DNA of 34,532 nucleotides from Thermodesulfobacteriota bacterium (GTDB lineage Bacteria > Desulfobacterota > Desulfobacteria > Desulfobacterales > Desulfosudaceae), in NCBI GenBank assembly GCA_049320925.1, contig JBMORB010000003.1, positions 1 through 34,532 of the forward strand, read 5' to 3'. The notes under the pieces are model-generated. The model did no database searches and was not told the origin of the DNA. It saw only the letters and a program-made list of their open reading frames with translations. Positions 9,213 through 17,063 of this stretch are shown in pieces (position 1 is the stretch's first letter; every line of letters starts with the position of its first letter). A program made the position numbers and the translations under genes.

Positions 9213-10793
9213 ATGTGTAAATCGGTGGCACGCTTTTTTGTTGTTCTTTTTCTGGCGATGGTTTTTTTGAACCTGCCACGCACGGCGGCGGGTCAGACCG
9301 TCACGGACAGCGCGGTTTTTTTCCAGCAGGCTGAAACACACGTGGCATCGGGCCGCTACCTGGAGGCCCTGGGCCTTTATCAAACAGTGGCTGATATTGC
9401 GGCGGACCCGGCGGAAAAAGCCAGGGCCATGCTGATGGTGGGCTTTATCTATACCCAGTACCTGGATCAGCATGAAAAGGCCCAGATCTATTTTGACTAC
9501 ATTCTTTCCACCTGGCCTCAGACCCCGGCCGCCGAAGACGCCATGTACCGCAAGGGCATGGTGCTTTATCAGGCCGAGCGGTATGACCAGGCCTTTGATG
9601 TTTTTACCGCTTATCAAAACCGCTATCCTGAATCCCGGCGCGGCCACTCCGCCCGTGTGTGGGCCGAAAGCGCCTTGAACCTTGCCGCCACGCGGGAGCT
9701 TCGTATGAAGCGCGAGAGCCTCGCGTTGGCGCGAAAAGACACCGCTATCCGGGTATTGATCGCGGAAAAAGAAAATGCGGTTGAGGTGGCATCCAACCAG
9801 CCGTTCATAATCGCGGAGACGGCATCCGGCCGCTCCCTGTTCCAGGCGAAGCGGGCCGTCATCGGCGTTTCAGGAGGCCGTCTGGTGATCAACAACCGGC
9901 GCCTTGAAACCGGCTCCTGCCGGCTGACGCCCAGGCAGGGAGAGACGCTTGCCGTGAACCAGACCCGGTACAGGGGCCACGTGGTGGCCTTTTGCGACGT
10001 GGACGGGGTATCGGTGGTCAACCATGTGGATATCGAGCCCTATCTTTACGGCGTGGTGCCCCGTGAAGTGCCGGCCTCGTGGCCAATGCAGGCCCTTATG
10101 GCCCAGGCCGTGGCTTCCCGGACCTATGCCCTGTATATAAAACAGAAAAGCGAAGACCAGCCCTATGACGTCAAGGCCACGGTGGCCTCCCAGATGTATG
10201 GGGGATATGACGCGGAGATGCCCGGCACCAGCCAGGCCGTGGACGCCACCCGGGGCCAGGTCATGACCTACAACGGCAACCTGATCGTGGCCTATTTTCA
10301 CGCCAACAGCGGCGGATACACCGAGGGGCCGGAAAACGTCTGGGGCGCGGCCCTTCCCTATCTGGCGGCCCGGCCGGACCGGTACAGCGACGGGGCGCCG
10401 GGCGGTACATGGGAGTATTACCTGCCTTATGAGGAGGCCCAGCGGCAGCTGGGCCGATACGGCATTCATGTTTCCGGCGTCCGGGGGCTTCTGTTCAATG
10501 GGAAAAGCACTTCCGGAAGGGTTCGGGATGTTTCCGTGGTATCGGACGCCGGCACCTGGAACATGTCGGGCAACAGTTTCAGGCTGGCCATCGGCAGCAC
10601 AAAACTCAAAAGCATGTGCTTTGACGCTTCCCGCCAGGGCCAGGGGGTTCTGTTTCAGGGTGCCGGATACGGCCACGGGGTGGGCATGAGCCAGTGGGGG
10701 GCCAGAAAAATGGCCCTGGAGGGACAGGATTATAAAACCATTCTACATCATTATTACAGGGGCATTGCCATCGCCTCCCTGCAACAGCCGTAA
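9213..10793 (+). CDS. Exported TPR (BamD/CpoB-like) plus SpoIID/LytB-domain lytic transglycosylase
   Basis: Signal peptide; TPR repeats (AEDAMYRKGMVLYQAERYDQAFDVF..YPES); SpoIID motifs YLYGVVPREVP (catalytic Glu), AQAVASRTYA, AYFHANSGGYTE, GYGHGVGMSQWGA, ILHHYY. Confidence 0.92.
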   Translation: MCKSVARFFVVLFLAMVFLNLPRTAAGQTVTDSAVFFQQAETHVASGRYLEALGLYQTVADIAADPAEKARAMLMVGFIYTQYLDQHEKAQIYFDYILSTWPQTPAAEDAMYRKGMVLYQAERYDQAFDVFTAYQNRYPESRRGHSARVWAESALNLAATRELRMKRESLALARKDTAIRVLIAEKENAVEVASNQPFIIAETASGRSLFQAKRAVIGVSGGRLVINNRRLETGSCRLTPRQGETLAVNQTRYRGHVVAFCDVDGVSVVNHVDIEPYLYGVVPREVPASWPMQALMAQAVASRTYALYIKQKSEDQPYDVKATVASQMYGGYDAEMPGTSQAVDATRGQVMTYNGNLIVAYFHANSGGYTEGPENVWGAALPYLAARPDRYSDGAPGGTWEYYLPYEEAQRQLGRYGIHVSGVRGLLFNGKSTSGRVRDVSVVSDAGTWNMSGNSFRLAIGSTKLKSMCFDASRQGQGVLFQGAGYGHGVGMSQWGARKMALEGQDYKTILHHYYRGIAIASLQQP

Positions 10794-10866
10794 CCCGGGG
10801 GGTTCGCGGGGCGGATGGGTAATATAATAAATTGTTTTTATTTATAAAAACTATTTCGGAAATCTG

Positions 10867-10895
10867 ATGACAGGGTAAGAAAAAGATAGTATAGT
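10867..10895 (+). promoter_or_regulatory. Putative sigma70 promoter upstream of the LPP20 gene
   Basis: ATGACA-N17-TATAGT preceded by a very AT-rich tract (about 10820-10855) that could be an UP element. Confidence 0.45.
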
Positions 10896-11043
10896 CTTGA
10901 GCTGTAAAAAAACGACAACCTGTCGGAGGTGGAATTTTCCGCCGCCGGCGTCAACGCAAATCAAAAATGTTTTAACGATCCGTATGTAACATCCAAATCA
11001 ACCAACACAAAACACATAGTTGTTTTTAAAACAGGAGGCTGTG

Positions 11044-11919
11044 ATGAAAAAAAGAGCGTATCGCATTGGTATGATGGCCGTGTTGTTTCTGCTGGTTCCC
11101 GTATGGGGATTCTGTCAGTGGGGGGATGCGCTGGTTGATACCATGCCCAACGGATCGGTCAACTGGTCGGCCGGCGTTATTCAGGCAAAAGGCATCGGCG
11201 CCCCGCCGGAAAACCTTTACGGCAAGCCCCAGGCCCGGCCCATGGCGCTGAGGGCGGCCCAGCTGGACGCCTATCGCAACCTGCTTGAAATCACCCAGGG
11301 CGTGCGGGTGAACAGCACCACGCTGGTAAAGAATTTTGTCACGGAAAACGATATCATCATGACCAAGGTGGACGGTCTGGTCAAGGGCGCCCAGGTGGTC
11401 AACACGGAGTACATGTCGGACGGCACCGTTGAGGTGACGGTTCAGATGAGCTTAAACGGTGAACTGGCCCAGGCAGTCCTGCCTCCGGATTTCGGCACGA
11501 TGCCGACGCCGCCGGTTGCGCCGGGCATGACGATGCCTGCCGCACCCGCTCCGGCGGCTCCCGCGCCTGCCACTTCCCCGGTCTATACCGGTCTGGTGGT
11601 GGATGCCAAGGGCCTGGGAGCAAAGCCGGCCATGGCCCCCAAAATTGTTGATCAGGAAGGCAAGGAGGTCTATGGCTCGGCCTACGTGAGCCGGGAGTAT
11701 GCCATTAGCCAGGGCATGAGCGGATATTCCAAGCAGCTGGAATCGGCCAGGGCCAACGAGCGGGTGACGGACAATCCCCTGGTGGTCAAGGGACTGAAAA
11801 CCGATGGACCGGGCCAGTGCGATATCGTGATCAGCAACGCCGATGCCGCCATGCTGAAGAAAACGTCGGAAAGTCTGTCTTTTCTTGAAAAATGCCGGGT
11901 CATGATTGTTGTGGACTGA
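11044..11919 (+). CDS. Exported LPP20-family protein (FlgP/LPP20-like domain, Pro/Ala linker, conserved C-terminal domain)
   Basis: AGGAGG SD at about 11033-11038; signal peptide; LPP20-like ARPMALRAAQLDAYRNLLEITQGVRVNSTTLVKNFV...VDGLVKGAQVV; linker PAAPAPAAPAPA; C-terminal YTGLVVDAKGL...MAPKIVD domain. Confidence 0.75.
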   Translation: MKKRAYRIGMMAVLFLLVPVWGFCQWGDALVDTMPNGSVNWSAGVIQAKGIGAPPENLYGKPQARPMALRAAQLDAYRNLLEITQGVRVNSTTLVKNFVTENDIIMTKVDGLVKGAQVVNTEYMSDGTVEVTVQMSLNGELAQAVLPPDFGTMPTPPVAPGMTMPAAPAPAAPAPATSPVYTGLVVDAKGLGAKPAMAPKIVDQEGKEVYGSAYVSREYAISQGMSGYSKQLESARANERVTDNPLVVKGLKTDGPGQCDIVISNADAAMLKKTSESLSFLEKCRVMIVVD

Positions 11920-11934
11920 TACAACGCGGCATAA

Positions 11935-11967
11935 CGCGCCCCGTTTTTTCTAGCGGGGCGCGGTTTT
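11935..11967 (+). terminator. GC-rich hairpin with short T tract (internal terminator or mRNA stabiliser)
   Basis: CGCGCCCCG (11935-11943) pairs with CGGGGCGCG (11954-11962), followed by GTTTT. Confidence 0.55.
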
Positions 11968-12015
11968 GGCCGGCCGCTGCCGGCCGGTTTAACGGATCAT
12001 TCAGGGAGGTATACC

Positions 12016-13179
12016 ATGCGGTCAAAAACCGTTCTTTATTTTGCGGCTTTTATCGGTCTGGTGTTTCTGTTTGCCTGCGGCCCCAAAGCGGTTGCGCCGG
12101 AAGCACAGATGGACACGCCGGAGCACCATGTGACCAACGGCAACAAGTTTTTGAAATCAGGTAACCTGGACGAGGCTTTTGCCGCCTTTACCCGGGCCGC
12201 CCAGCTCGACCCCAGATATGCCCCGGCCCATGTGGGACTGGGTCTGGTGCATGGCAAAAAGGGCGCCTTTGACAAGGCCTTTGACGCCATGGATATGGCC
12301 GCCAAATATTCCAAAACCGACGCCCAGCATGCCGAGACCCATGTGGGCTATATTCGTCTTTATACGATGGGCGGGCCGGCGGTGGATGCGGAATGGCTGA
12401 GTAAGGCCGCCGCCCGTTTCGAGCGGGCCCACAAGCTGGTCCCCCAGGACCCGGCTCCCTATTATTACATGGGAATGGCCTATCGCAACGCCTATCGCTT
12501 TTCTGACGCCGCCGCCATGTTCAAGGCGGTGCTGGACCTGGACAAGGGCTTTGTGGAAGAGGCGGACCGGGAGTATGCCGTGATGCAGCGCATCGAGCGG
12601 GCCATGCCCGGCACGACGGTGGGCAAGAAGATCGCCCTGCTGGATTCCATCACCCGGGCCGATGTGGCCGCGCTTTTCATCGAGGAGCTTCAGGTGGATC
12701 AGCTGTTTGAAAAAAAGACGGCCAAAGCTTTTGACACCGCCTTCAAGGCCCCGGGAACGGCGTTTAAAACCGGCGAGTATGTCAAGGCCCCGGCCGTCAC
12801 CGACATCGCCGATCATGTGCTGCGCCAGGACATCGAAGCCGTGGTGCGTTTGCAGATCAAGGGCCTGCAGCCGGGTCCGGACCACACCTTTGAGCCGAAC
12901 AAGGCCATCACCCGGGCCGAGTTTGCCATGATGATCGAGGACATCCTGATCAAGATCACGGGCGACAACTCCCTGGCCACCAAGTTCATCGGCACCGAGT
13001 CGCCTTTTCCCGATCTGCGCAGCGACCTGGCCTTTTTCAATGCCGCCATGGTGTGCGTCACCCGGAACATCATGGAGACCGTGGACACCGCCACCGGCGA
13101 GTTCCGTCCCCAAGGGATGGTCCCGGGCGCGGATGCCCTGCTCAGCATCCGCCAGATGAAGGTGCAGCTCAATAAATAG
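12016..13179 (+). CDS. Lipoprotein with TPR repeats and C-terminal SLH-like (S-layer homology) motifs
   Basis: GGAGG SD; lipobox LFAC; TPRs (AFTRAAQLDPRYAPAHVGLGLV; PAPYYYMGMAY); SLH-like motifs SITRADVAALF, FEPNKAITRAEFAMMI, FPDL...FRPQGMVPGADAL. Confidence 0.8.
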   Translation: MRSKTVLYFAAFIGLVFLFACGPKAVAPEAQMDTPEHHVTNGNKFLKSGNLDEAFAAFTRAAQLDPRYAPAHVGLGLVHGKKGAFDKAFDAMDMAAKYSKTDAQHAETHVGYIRLYTMGGPAVDAEWLSKAAARFERAHKLVPQDPAPYYYMGMAYRNAYRFSDAAAMFKAVLDLDKGFVEEADREYAVMQRIERAMPGTTVGKKIALLDSITRADVAALFIEELQVDQLFEKKTAKAFDTAFKAPGTAFKTGEYVKAPAVTDIADHVLRQDIEAVVRLQIKGLQPGPDHTFEPNKAITRAEFAMMIEDILIKITGDNSLATKFIGTESPFPDLRSDLAFFNAAMVCVTRNIMETVDTATGEFRPQGMVPGADALLSIRQMKVQLNK

Positions 13180-13205
13180 CAAGTGATCAGGACAGGAAGC
13201 AAGCC

Positions 13206-14087
13206 ATGAAACACATGAAGAATGTCTGCGGCATCGTGCTGGCGGTGATAGCCGTCTGCCTGTTATGTTCGCCGGTTTGGGCCGGGCCCGTGGGCGTGGG
13301 CATCAGCAGTGGCGGCACGGCCCAGATCACGGCCCTTGAGGGCACCGCCGCCCTGGTGGACGCCCAGAACAAGGCGCTGAGGTCCCTGGCCAGGGGCGAC
13401 AGCCTGAAACAGGGGGACCGGGTCAAGGTGGGCGAGAACGCCAAGATCGAGATCAGGCTTCCGGACGGCAGCTTTGTGCGGTTTGACGCCGGCAGCCTGT
13501 TTGAAATCAAGGCCATGGCCGTGGATTCCCGGGACGGGAGGCGGAACATCAACGTGAACGTGGTGTTCGGCAAGATTTGGGCCTCGGTTTCCAAAATGGT
13601 TTCCGGCCGGGACCGGTTTGACGTATCCATGAAGACCACCACGGCCGGTGTGCGGGGCACCGTTTACCGCGTCAACGTGAACAGCGATGATTCGGCCATT
13701 GTCAAGGTGTATGACGGCACCGTTGATGTCAAGGGAGATCCCGGTCAGGGCGTCCCCGCCCCGCAGTCCCCCGGCGCACCTTCCAGCCTTGCCCCCCATC
13801 CGGTGGCCGGCCCCTCACCCGTGGCGGGCCCTCACCCGGTGTCCATGGAGCAATGGGTTTATACCCTGAAGGCCATGCAGCAGATCATCATCCGGCCCGA
13901 CGGCACCGCTACCCCGCCGTTCCGCTTCTCCTATGAGGCGGACCGCAACGACTGGGTGGACTGGAACCGGCAGCGGGACGCCGACGCAGGCATTCCTGTG
14001 CCCGCGCCTCCGGCAAACGGGCCCGACGCCAGCCCCTCTCCGGCGCCGCCCGAAGTGTCTCCGGCAGCGCCTGAATCCAATCCGTAA
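13206..14087 (+). CDS. Exported FecR-domain protein with Pro-rich segments
   Basis: Signal peptide; FecR-like GDSLKQGDRVKVGENAKIEIRLPDGSFVRF...GKIWASV...TTTAGVRGTVYRV...VKVYDGTVDV; Pro-rich linker and tail. Confidence 0.88.
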   Translation: MKHMKNVCGIVLAVIAVCLLCSPVWAGPVGVGISSGGTAQITALEGTAALVDAQNKALRSLARGDSLKQGDRVKVGENAKIEIRLPDGSFVRFDAGSLFEIKAMAVDSRDGRRNINVNVVFGKIWASVSKMVSGRDRFDVSMKTTTAGVRGTVYRVNVNSDDSAIVKVYDGTVDVKGDPGQGVPAPQSPGAPSSLAPHPVAGPSPVAGPHPVSMEQWVYTLKAMQQIIIRPDGTATPPFRFSYEADRNDWVDWNRQRDADAGIPVPAPPANGPDASPSPAPPEVSPAAPESNP

Positions 14088-14094
14088 CATAAAC

Positions 14095-14142
14095 ACCGGG
14101 CGCGCAAAGAAAAAGGCTTTTTTGCGCGCCCGGTCTGTTTTT
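14095..14142 (+). terminator. Rho-independent terminator-like hairpin ending the envelope cluster
   Basis: 14-bp perfect stem ACCGGGCGCGCAAA (14095-14108) / TTTGCGCGCCCGGT (14121-14134), then CTGTTTTT. Confidence 0.7.
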
Positions 14143-14159
14143 AAAAAGGGGTTTTGATC

Positions 14160-14897
14160 ATGTCGGAAAAGAAAAAACCGGATCCTCCGGACCTGAGCCG
14201 GTGGACCCCGGTGGAGGAGGTAATTTTCAGGCGGCGCAGTATCCGGGCCTTTAAGAAGGAGCCGCTGCCGGACTTCATGATCCGTCGCATCCTGGAGGCC
14301 GGCCGTTTTGCCCCGTCCGCCGGCAACGCCCAGCCCTGGAAGTTTATCGTGGTCAAGAGCCCCGAGATCCTCGCGGAAATGGAAAAGGACGCCATCCGGA
14401 TCACCAAGCTGCTGATGTGGTTTATCGACTACACCCGCACGCCGTTGCGGCGCCTGCTTTTAAAGCCATGGGCGAAATTTATCATCCGTATGAACCACAA
14501 CGAACTGCATCCGGTTCCCATGGGCCTGATGCGGTCCATTGCCAAGGATGAATGCCCGGTGTTTCATCATGCCCCCACCCTGATCCTGCTGCTGGAAGAC
14601 CGGCGGGGGGTTTCCTGCCCGCCCACCGATATCGGCATCTGCGGCCAGAACATGGTGCTCGCGGCCCACAGCATGGGCGCCGGCACCTGCTGGATCGGCC
14701 TGATCAAGCTGCTGATGTACTATCCAAAATGGAGAAGATTTTTCGGGGTAAAGTACCCCTACCGGCTCAACGACTGCATTGCCGTGGGATGGCCCAAAGT
14801 CCGTGCCGACGGCCCCGTTCCCAGGGAAAAGCAGGTGGTTCAGTGGTTTGTGGACGGCATGAACAGGCCGCCCAGAATTGAAGAACAGGGGGAATAG
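14160..14897 (+). CDS. Nitroreductase-family flavoprotein
   Basis: IFRRRSIRAFK, AGRFAPSAGNAQPWKFIVV, GICGQNMVLAAHSMGAGTCWIG. Start set at ATG 14160. Confidence 0.92.
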   Translation: MSEKKKPDPPDLSRWTPVEEVIFRRRSIRAFKKEPLPDFMIRRILEAGRFAPSAGNAQPWKFIVVKSPEILAEMEKDAIRITKLLMWFIDYTRTPLRRLLLKPWAKFIIRMNHNELHPVPMGLMRSIAKDECPVFHHAPTLILLLEDRRGVSCPPTDIGICGQNMVLAAHSMGAGTCWIGLIKLLMYYPKWRRFFGVKYPYRLNDCIAVGWPKVRADGPVPREKQVVQWFVDGMNRPPRIEEQGE

Positions 14898-14900
14898 CCG

Positions 14901-17024
14901 ATGACACAGGCGACCGTAAAACCGTGGACGAAGATTCCCGACTACATCAACGCCGCGGAGATGACTACCGGCGTTCTCGCCTTCAATGAAGAGACCTGCA
15001 AGCGGTGCGGCATCTGCTCGTTCATCTGTCCGGCCCGTTCCATCAAAAGCGACCGGGGGCCCATGAAATGGAAGGACGGGATGCCGTGGCTGGCCGCGAC
15101 CGCGCCCGGCGTCACCAACTGCATTGCCTGCGGCTGTTGCCTGGCCGCCTGTCCGGAAGGGGCCATCTCCATCACGAGGTGGTTTAACCCCGGGTTCTTT
15201 TATCAGCGGCTCTCCCAGACCGGCGACATGGTTTACCCGAAGTGCTACAGGGAAACGGACCCGCCGCCGGTGTCGGATCAGCCGGCGCCGGACCCGGACA
15301 TGCTCAACCCCCGGTATGGATCCCGCGAGCAGTGGCGCATGCGGGCGAACCGGCTGCGAATGGCGGGCAACCTGGTTTTCGGCGGCACCCGGTTTTTTAT
15401 GGACCAGGCCGCTCAGGGCCGGCTGTGGTCCACACTAAGGGGGTTGTTGTCCAAAACACCGTCCGACATTTCCTGGGCCAACCTGCTGGAAAACAACACC
15501 CGCCAGGTGCCGGACAAAACTTTTCTGCTTTACCGGGACGAGGTTTACACCTACCGGCAGATGAATGACCGGGCCAACCGGGTCGCCAATTATCTTTTGT
15601 CCCATGGCGGCGGGCAGGGGGCCGGGGTCGGCATTCTCATGCGCAACTCCCCCCGTTTTCTGGACGTCTTTTTTGGAGCCCAGAAAATCGGCATGTACGC
15701 GGTGCCCATCAATCCGGAACTCAAGGGCGACGGCCTGGCCTACATCGTCAATCACAGCGACATCGGCCTGCTGGTGGTCGACGCCGAGCTGCTGGATACG
15801 ATCAGTGCCGTTGCGGGGAAGTTTGAACGGCTCAAAACGATCGTCGTAAACGACATCGAGGCCGAAGCCCAGGGAACGGCCGTTCCCGACGGCATGGGCC
15901 GGCTGAGCCAGGCCTATGCCGATTTTTCGTCAAGGCATCCGGGCATCGGGCACCGGCCGGAAGACATCTGCATGATCATGTATACATCCGGAACCACCGG
16001 CCCGCCCAAAGGGGTCGTGTACCGGTATAATAAAACATCGGTCAGGCTGATGTCACTGGCGGCCCACCTGATGTTAAAGCAGAGCGATATTTACTACACC
16101 CCCTATGCCCTGTGCCACGGCAACGCGCTGCTGGCCACCACCACCATGACCATGGGCGTTAAGGCCACCATGGCCCTGGCAAGAAAGTTTTCCGCCAGCC
16201 GTTTCTGGGAAGATGTACGCCGGTACCGGGCCACGGTGTTCAACACCATCGGCTCGATTATTCCCATTCTCATGAAACAGCCGGAAAAGCCCGATGACGC
16301 CGACAACCAGGTCCGCTTTGTCACATCCTCCGGGTGCCCGCCCGAGATGTGGGGGCCTTTTGAAAAGCGGTTCGGTGTCAGGCTGTATGAGGCCTACGGC
16401 GCCATCGATGGCGGCGGCAAGGGCATCTTTAACTTCGGCACGGCGCCGACCGGTTCTCTGGGCCGCATTCCCCGCGTGGTCAAGTACCGGCTGGTGGATG
16501 GCAAGGGAAGGGATGTGCCTGTCGGCGTGCCGGGCGAACTGCTGTTTGAGGCCAAAAAAGACTCCGGTCGGGTGGAGTATTATAAAAACAGGGACGCCAC
16601 GGAAAAAAAATCCGGGGACGGGTGGCTGCACACCGGGGACCTGGTGAAACAGGACATCAACGGGTTTCTTTATTTTGTGGGCCGCAATACCGAATCCATG
16701 CGCAAGGGCGGGGAAAACGTGTCCGCCTATGAGGTGGAGCAGGTCATCATGGACCATACGGCGGTGGAGGAGGCGGCGGTTTATGCCGTGCCTTCGGACC
16801 TGGCGGAGGACGACATCATGGCCGCCGTACGCCTGGTGGCCGGAAAGACCCTGGCACCGGAAGACCTGATATTGTTTCTTTCCGACAGGCTTGCCAGGTT
16901 TGCCGTTCCCCGGTATGTCCGGTTCGTGGAGGAGTTCCCCAAGACCAGCTCCCACCGGATCATCAAGGGCGTTCTGGAAAAGCAGGGGGTCACGCCGGAC
17001 ACGTTTGACGCGCAAAAGGCATAG
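14901..17024 (+). CDS. Fusion of a 2x[4Fe-4S] ferredoxin domain and an AMP-forming acyl-CoA ligase (CaiC-like)
   Basis: CKRCGICSFICP and CIACGCCLAACP; ANL-family motifs YTSGTTGPPKG, YEAYGAID, WLHTGDL, GENVSAYEVE, PKTSSHRIIK. Confidence 0.9.
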   Translation: MTQATVKPWTKIPDYINAAEMTTGVLAFNEETCKRCGICSFICPARSIKSDRGPMKWKDGMPWLAATAPGVTNCIACGCCLAACPEGAISITRWFNPGFFYQRLSQTGDMVYPKCYRETDPPPVSDQPAPDPDMLNPRYGSREQWRMRANRLRMAGNLVFGGTRFFMDQAAQGRLWSTLRGLLSKTPSDISWANLLENNTRQVPDKTFLLYRDEVYTYRQMNDRANRVANYLLSHGGGQGAGVGILMRNSPRFLDVFFGAQKIGMYAVPINPELKGDGLAYIVNHSDIGLLVVDAELLDTISAVAGKFERLKTIVVNDIEAEAQGTAVPDGMGRLSQAYADFSSRHPGIGHRPEDICMIMYTSGTTGPPKGVVYRYNKTSVRLMSLAAHLMLKQSDIYYTPYALCHGNALLATTTMTMGVKATMALARKFSASRFWEDVRRYRATVFNTIGSIIPILMKQPEKPDDADNQVRFVTSSGCPPEMWGPFEKRFGVRLYEAYGAIDGGGKGIFNFGTAPTGSLGRIPRVVKYRLVDGKGRDVPVGVPGELLFEAKKDSGRVEYYKNRDATEKKSGDGWLHTGDLVKQDINGFLYFVGRNTESMRKGGENVSAYEVEQVIMDHTAVEEAAVYAVPSDLAEDDIMAAVRLVAGKTLAPEDLILFLSDRLARFAVPRYVRFVEEFPKTSSHRIIKGVLEKQGVTPDTFDAQKA

Positions 17025-17039
17025 GCGGGATTCCCGCCT
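17023..17039. repeat. 17-bp perfect inverted repeat at the ligase/acyl-CoA dehydrogenase junction
   Basis: AGGCGGGA-T-TCCCGCCT overlapping the ligase stop codon; no T tract. Confidence 0.6.
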
Positions 17040-17063
17040 GCCGCTTACACAGGTGGAGGCATC

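Noticed and set aside
9226-9242. Sigma54-like TGGCACG motif
   Set aside because: Inside the SpoIID signal-peptide coding region and lacks a correctly spaced TTGC -12 element.
6666-11043. CRP-type TGTGA-N6-TCACA sites near the cyclase cluster promoters
   Set aside because: No convincing match found by eye in the intergenic regions 6666-6906 or 10794-11043.
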